A program made the translations under genes and the position numbers. From the human T2T-CHM13v2.0 reference genome, Homo sapiens: 64,000 nucleotides of DNA. The number at the start of each line of letters is the position of its first letter. The stretch's first letter is position 1. The DNA is taken from the NCBI RefSeq assembly GCF_009914755.1, contig NC_060929.1, one strand, 5' to 3'. Positions 56,801 through 64,000 of this stretch are shown here, piece by piece. Below the pieces are notes generated by a model that was not told the DNA's origin, did not search any database, and saw nothing but the letters and a program-made list of their open reading frames with translations.

Positions 56801-59800
56801 CTTAGCATTAAGTGGTAGTCACGGTAGAAAAATAAAAGATGTCCTAATAATTTGTAAGAGGTTTTACCACTAGAAACACTATATCTTTTTCTTTTAAGTA
56901 GTGTCTTTCTTTATACGACTTTTCATTCAATCTTCTTGAAGCCAGATTTCCTTCCGACAAATTATTCCATTTTCAGTTCTCCCTAATGGATGAATTCTTT
57001 TTCTCTTTATGATAAAATAAATAGAGGCAGCTGATACAGCCACAAATCACTCCAACTTCCTATGGAAATTACTTCATTGATTTCTGAAATGATAAAGGAC
57101 CTGTAATGTACCTATAAATACAGTCATTAAGTCACAAATTGCTCATGGCAGCACAGGAAATCTCAATATACTGTCCAGGCATCATCCTCCCCCAAATACA
57201 CATTTTCCCAAGGGCGCCCAGCCCGGATCCATTATCATAAGTACAGCTGGAGCTAGAGTCATGAATCAAGGGCAGCTTTCCTGTTCCTCATCCTTTCTGA
57301 GTTCATTAGAGTGGGCAAGTTTTCAGACTAACATGTTAGGTCAGAAGTAAGATCATTTGCATAAAACAAGATGAGTATTCACCAGTCAACTTCTCTGTGA
57401 CATGGTCAGAGTCTGGATTCTAAAAGGAGCCTCTCCTGAAACCCAGAAGGCTCTGATGCAAAAGTAGGAAGGCGTCACAGACTTGGAAAGTGGACTGTAT
57501 TCCCTAGCCCCAGACATTTCATTTGCAGGCATGCACCATGTCTCATGTCTGGGGCCTGCTCATATTGTCTTCACGGTCAAAGAAGAAAATGATAAGGATT
57601 TTGGGCACTGGAAGGTGCAAACAGTGGTTTTATTGCGTGTAAGTTCCGCCCCTGGATGCCTGCAAAAAAGCAGAGACCTTGGCATCTCTACCTGGAACAG
57701 AGATAATTCCAAGATCATTGTACGCCCTTTGTGGAATTATACTTAGCAGTGAAAATCTTTCAACCAACTTCTGAACTTGTTAGGGGTGGTTACTGGCAAA
57801 ATTCTTTGTTTCCCTTTTATATTTATTGACTTTGCCTTCCTCTTACCCCATACTGGCTATATTTCCCTTTTGGGTTTTATTTAGTTTGCTGAGGCTTTCA
57901 ATTTGTTTCTCCCCAAATCTTCTCAGATCTCTAGTCTCATAGGTTAGGTGTTTAAATAATATATTTAAATGGCTTGTGGAAGAACACAAACATAGAGGCA
58001 TCACAGCAGGCACTAGGCTCCATGACCTGAAAAACAAACTTATTAATGCCTTTGTGTTCTTTTCAGCACATCCCACTAGTGGAGGGCTAGCTGGCAGCCG
58101 CAGCTCACTGCTTAAACCGAAATGAATTTCACAAGAAAACACAGTTCATATGCCAAAAGGAAGTAATTCAATCCAAGTACAGAATAATCTTTTTCTGGTA
58201 CCTTATATTTATTTTTTATGTGCCGTATTTAAACTTTTAATCATCCAGCAGCAGCAGGAATTACTACTCATCATCATTCTTCCCATTGCATTTGGGAACA
58301 GCACCAATACTCAAGGATTACCTGGAGTGTGAGGGGATGCATATTAAATTCCTGTTTTCATTTTCCTAAATGTGTCCCATTATCTCTCTATTGTCCTTGG
58401 CTTTTGTGAAAGAAAAAGAGGCAAAAATAGGCCGAAACCTGTTCAGACAAGCAGCATCTAGTGAGCAAAAAGAAAATCTCCTGGGTAGGTCTTACTCAAA
58501 TCTCTTTAATGGCACACTAATTATATATAACCCTACTGGCATCTTTGGTGTCACTTTCTTTAGAAAAATTATCAAGTGTTTATCCCTGGGGTTTATGTTG
58601 TTACTCTTGGAAAGAATCCACCAAGTGTCTGAAATGACTCTGAGGCTACTCTCCTTGAACCTGCCCTATGCTTAGCCAGAGTTTGTCATTAACTGCAGGT
58701 GGTTACTGAGCAATTATAGCTAATCAGAACCTTAAAGGGAGGGGTTTTTAATCCCCCTCATGGGACGCTTTCCCCTTGAAGTTCTGTTTACTTCTATTTG
58801 ATGCTTTAGGCAATCCTCTAACATTTGGGAAGAAAGTTTTTCTATTTATCAATTACTATGAAATGTCTTCATGATGTGCTATTATTATATTATCTTTTAA
58901 AGGGAAATTTGAAAATTTCTTTGAAAATGAAATCTAGTTTTTTATACAGGATGAAAATTAATCCCTTCTAGGTTTGCCCTCAGCTGTCAGAAAACTCTCA
59001 TAGCACTCAGTAGTTTTTAATATCTTTTCTGCTGCAGTCTGAGTCTGGCTAGGGTTTGTGACCAGACTGTTTAATAGCTTTGTATCTTTTGTGAGATCTT
59101 TATGATAAGGGACAACATATACTTTCATATTTCAAAGACAAATAATTTCAGAAGGTAACATTTTTCTTGAGAGTTGAATTAAAAAATCTTCTGAATTTTG
59201 GATAGGAAGTTTTCTAAAATATATTATGCACTTCATTTCCTTCTTAAACAAACTATTTGATGCATATTTCCAAATTTTTAAATAAATAAAATAATCATCA
59301 TGGACGTCGACTATTTTCCTCTGCCTAAAACATAATGGTCTTGGGAATAATTAAGCTATTTGTGGCTATTTGCTCCATACCAAATGGTCCTGTACTGCCA
59401 GTCTTTTACAATCCTTTGTATGGCTTTTGTAAACCATAGATTTTGTCTATGGTCTTCATTGCTTTTACCTTTGTTTGCTTTCACTTCTTGCTGTGCCCTG
59501 GGCACTGCTGAGAGCCCTTAGCTAATAACTGACCCCTGGTGTATGAACATCAGGACATATTTTGACTGCTAGCTCCCTTGAGAACATTGGACTTAGCTGA
59601 TTTCCCTGTTCCACATATAACTATGATGTACATTACTCTGACATTGAATGGAATCTTTCAAAATAGTTAGTCAAAATGGTGGAACACAAAGTACAGGTTG
59701 ATCCTTTTACTTTAAATAAGTCGAATGTAAAATGCAGAAAGCCAAACAGATAGATACTACCTCTAATAGTAAAAGCAGATGGGCTAGAATCCAAATTTTG

Positions 59801-59839
59801 TCTATTCTTAAGCTTTATTTAGGAACTAAAGTGGTTTTA

Positions 59840-59975
59840 TTATGTTAAAAATGTAGATTCCTGGACACACTTCAAACCTTCTGGATCAGAATTTCTGGAG
59901 GCAGAATTCTTGATTCTTAAGCATGCAACCAACATAATTTTGACAAAAAAAAATTGGGGCCACATTTTGCGAAGT
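59840..59975. mobile_element. MER5-like MITE fragment
   Basis: gttaaaaatgtagattcctggac...ggatcagaatttctggagg. Confidence 0.55.
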
Positions 59976-60243
59976 GTTAAGCTATAGTTAAGCATTATAA
60001 TAATAATAAGTATGCTGGTGAATCACAGTGATCCTTGTTAAAAGAGAATTCTTACTGATAAATAAAAGTATTTATAGTCTTTTCTATATTCATTATATAT
60101 TTTATAATGAATCATCTATTTTTAGAAAAGTTCTGTGAAGTAGAAAATTTAACTCAGCATAAAAAAAAATGTAAGGTAATGTTTTTATTCTCAAGAGGCC
60201 GATTGGGCTGCAGAACATCTGTGAACTCCTTAAAAGTGCATGC

Positions 60244-60775
<532 letters not shown>

Positions 60776-61609
60776 AGCTTAGGGTCTCTCAAGTGGCTTC
60801 AAATATTTTCTTTCATTATTCTCGGAAGAGTTGCCCAATTTTGCCATGAGGTTGCCCTTCCCATGGCCCTGGCCATTCTTTACCACTTTTGTTCACCTAC
60901 TAGTCCTACCAGGTGAATCTTGTCTTAATAGTCTAATCATAATGTAATGAAGTGCTTTTCTCTCTTGGAGAAACAATGGCCCTCATTCTCTGTCTTATCT
61001 GATCTCATTTTGTTTCCGGTGATAGCTAACTCAGTTTCTTCAGGAGAGTTTTCCCAAAATTGTCAGAGAACAACCACACCAGACCTATTCAGCAGGTTAG
61101 GGGGAGCCCAGTTCCCCATTGTCCCCTGTTCCATTTTTATTTTTTATTTTTCAGTTTCTCTTGAATAAGCACTTGAAGCAGCTGGGAAACTTACACCACC
61201 ATCTAAGTAAAGCCAGCATGATCTCTGCCTAGCAACAGGAAGCAGGATCTATTGCCAGTGGCAATGTTTGTTTATCTCAACCAAATGCCTACTCATTCAA
61301 GAGACAAACCTGTCGTCTTGGTTGAGTCATTATTTTTTTTTCTAAATAATTATTTCTCTTTAATTATTTATTTAAGATGAGGCCCTTTTTAACAAGTGGG
61401 CTTCCACCACCTCCAATACTCCCCATATGGCTTTTTAATATTAGTAATCCTAAAGTGGGTGTTAGAACTCTCAAACTCCTCCACGGAGTCCAAGAACAGA
61501 AAAAAGAGGAAAAGAAATGAGAGTCTTCGCTAGAGGATCCTTCGGCTGCAAGGAAGAGCAGACATCCAGCAGCCTTGTGAGATCACTACTGATTCTGCTT
61601 TTTCACTGC

Positions 61610-61740
61610 AAGAAATATTTGTTCAGGCATTTGCAATGTACCATGTGTATGGCTAGGAGCTAGGGATACACATGATTAAGAAACAATATTTGACCTCATG
61701 AAGCTCCACATCAAATTAAAGAGACAGAGGCACATACCTA
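61610..61740 (-). mobile_element. L2 3' end fragment
   Basis: aaatatttgttcaggcattt...ctaggagctagggatac...gacctcatgaagctc. Confidence 0.6.
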
Positions 61741-62422
61741 GGGAAGTGGCTGCAGTTTGTGTATGCATTGAGACACACTCAGTGATGAAGAGGAGAAGCA
61801 ACTGTTATCAGGAAAGATAAAGGAAGCGACTGCTTCCTTGGGCTGGCCTTGTGTTTTCTCACTCATCACCACCCAGAGTTACATCAATCTGATGGTCTGC
61901 TCTAGGGAAAAAGAAGAAATGCACGTGGGTATGTTTAAATTTCCAGAAGGCTTGGGGCCTTTAACCAGCTAGAATTGTTTCTCTACAGAGGCTGAAAGTG
62001 CATCCATCTATCACTGAAATCTACTAGGAACGTATTGTCCAGCCTAGAGGAATTAGGAATTAATCTTTTCCAGAGAAAATCTTTTCCATGGTTGAAATCG
62101 AAACTGCCCCCAGAGAATAATATTCCTAGGAATATACATAATACAATAAAAACAAAGAGCACAGTTGAATAAATCTATGGTTAGACTGAAGAGTTTTGTT
62201 TCATTGAAGTATGTTGCTGGATTAGCTGAATCCTTGCTGTTTAGATTTTCTTTCTGAAATACATTGTAATGATTGCTTCAAATGTTTTATATTCAGACTT
62301 GGCCACAGTTATACTATTGAATTAGTTGGATGAATTTTAACCGATTTAAATGCAATTGGGCAAGTAAATAAAATCAATCTTATACCAGTTAGTTAACACT
62401 GTGCTAAAAATGTAATTATATG

Positions 62423-62498
62423 ACACAATGTCTTCCACAATGGTTGAGCTAATTTACACTCCCACCAACAGTGTAAAAGCTTTCCTTTTCTTTGCAAC
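62423..62498 (-). mobile_element. Isolated ~75-bp L1PA ORF2 fragment
   Basis: tcttccacaatggttgagctaatttacactcccaccaacagtgtaaaag closely matches 32212-32259 of the L1PA in this window. Confidence 0.85.
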
Positions 62499-62794
62499 AA
62501 TAGAACTTTGAATGCTAAACTGAAAGAACTTTGATATGATCAGGTCTACCTACCTATCAAGTAAAAATAAAATAAGTTATAACTTTAAATAATTAAAAAT
62601 AATTTTGGTACAACATGATGAACTAGTATGTCCCACTTCATCAGATTGGAGTACAAAATAAGGGGATATTTATTTTGAGGTTTCAACTATAATGATTATG
62701 ATTTCCCAACTTTCTCAAAATTGGGGGTATGTTATGCCACTTCTCTTTTGAAGCAATGTCTGTCAATCCCTGAGGAATTCTCACTTGTAAATTC

Positions 62795-63430
62795 CACTAA
62801 TATTTGTCCACTCACTAAATACCAGACCTTGTTCCAGGCATTAGGGATAAAAAGGATGCCCTGATTTCATAGAGCTTGCATTTTAGTTGGAAGAAGCAGT
62901 CAATAACCCAACAAATCAACAGGATGACCAATAGACAAACAGCAAAAAAATAAGGAGGAAAATGTTAAGTGTTATCTGAGAGCTAAATTTCAGTGATTTG
63001 ATGAACAGTGAGGGGTAGTCAGGGCGGGACTTTCCGAGGGCAGGGCATTTGAGGTGAGGTCTGAAGGAGCGGAAAGCAATCCATTTGGCTGGAGCACAGG
63101 AGCGGAAGTGAAAGTGAGGGAAAAGCAGGGATGGTCCCGGAGAGTCTGGTGGAGATGTAGATTTTAATATTCCTGTGAAGGGAAATCACTGGAGCCTGGC
63201 AAGTAGGGGGAGTGGCATGGTGTGATTAGTAACTTCAAAAGATGTGTTTGTATGGAGAATAGATTGTAGCTGGCAAGATTCGAAACAGGGTGAGCAGTTA
63301 GAAGCTATGAGAATGGTTCAGGTGAGATTCAGAGGGGACTTGGAAAGTGTGAAGCCATGGGGACATGTTCTGTAGGTGTGTTGATTAGACCTGGATAAGG
63401 TGTGGGGGTGAGATTAAGGATGGCTTCTAG
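62795..63430 (-). mobile_element. L2 3' region
   Basis: taatatttgtccactcactaaataccag...gagcttgcattttagttgg...ggatggcttctagatt. Confidence 0.7.
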
Positions 63431-64000
63431 ATTGCATCGCCAACACACTTTTAATGCTTTGTGATCCCAGAGATTTCCGGGTCCCCATATGCAGTCAGGC
63501 AATGGTGTTTCCTAAATGTTGCATCTCCTGGTACCAGCTTACTACAGGCACATTTAAAAATTCAATACCCACCTAAACCAAAGTATGCTATTGAACACTT
63601 TTTATTGCAAGTTTGGAATTTCAGCACTTGCTGATGTCTTATCAGGCTCAAAGTTCCCATCCAAAGACCAGGTGGTAGAGGTTGGCTTTTTCATTTTGGC
63701 CAAAAATAAATCTTAGTTCACTCATAATTTTGAGCCTAGAAACCTCACACTTCCAGTCATTTGCTCAGTATAGGTGACCTTTTCCTTTCCAGTTGTCCCT
63801 GCATAATTAACAGGGGTAAATCTGTTTCCTGTATTAGAATCTATAATATGTAATTAGAACAATGTGTAATTAAAACTTCTACAATATATAACTAGAACTT
63901 CTCCACCCAGAAAGAGCTATTACAATAGTGAACCCAATATTTTACATATTTGGGGAAAAATTTTAGCTAATAAAGTGCCCTCCAATTTGCATTATACACT

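Noticed and set aside
58070-58100. CTCF-like motif (ccactagtggagggctagctggcagc)
   Set aside because: The spacing does not fit the core consensus; it cannot be supported without a PWM scan or ChIP data.

Overview
AT-rich, CpG-depleted primate (human-like) genomic DNA, intergenic or deep-intronic. I recognise no protein-coding exon, rRNA, tRNA or CRISPR array. The only real protein-like ORFs are ORF2 pieces of a 5'-truncated young L1PA (31.6-34.1 kb, minus strand). The window is a mosaic of Alus, old L1M/L2/MIR fragments, MaLR and ERV1 solo LTRs (including an LTR12C), MER82/MER53/MER5/MER33 DNA-transposon relics and a U13 (SNORD13) retrocopy. The most unusual structure is a unique-sequence inverted repeat (about 4.78-5.00 kb vs 6.16-6.38 kb). 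Its 129-bp core is 126/129 identical while its flanks are only about 80% identical, and it encloses about 1.2 kb that contains a strong small hairpin. This fits an old duplication kept homogenised by gene conversion or recurrent inversion, or a selected long-range RNA duplex. Repeat family names come from recalled consensus sequences, and boundaries of old elements are approximate.
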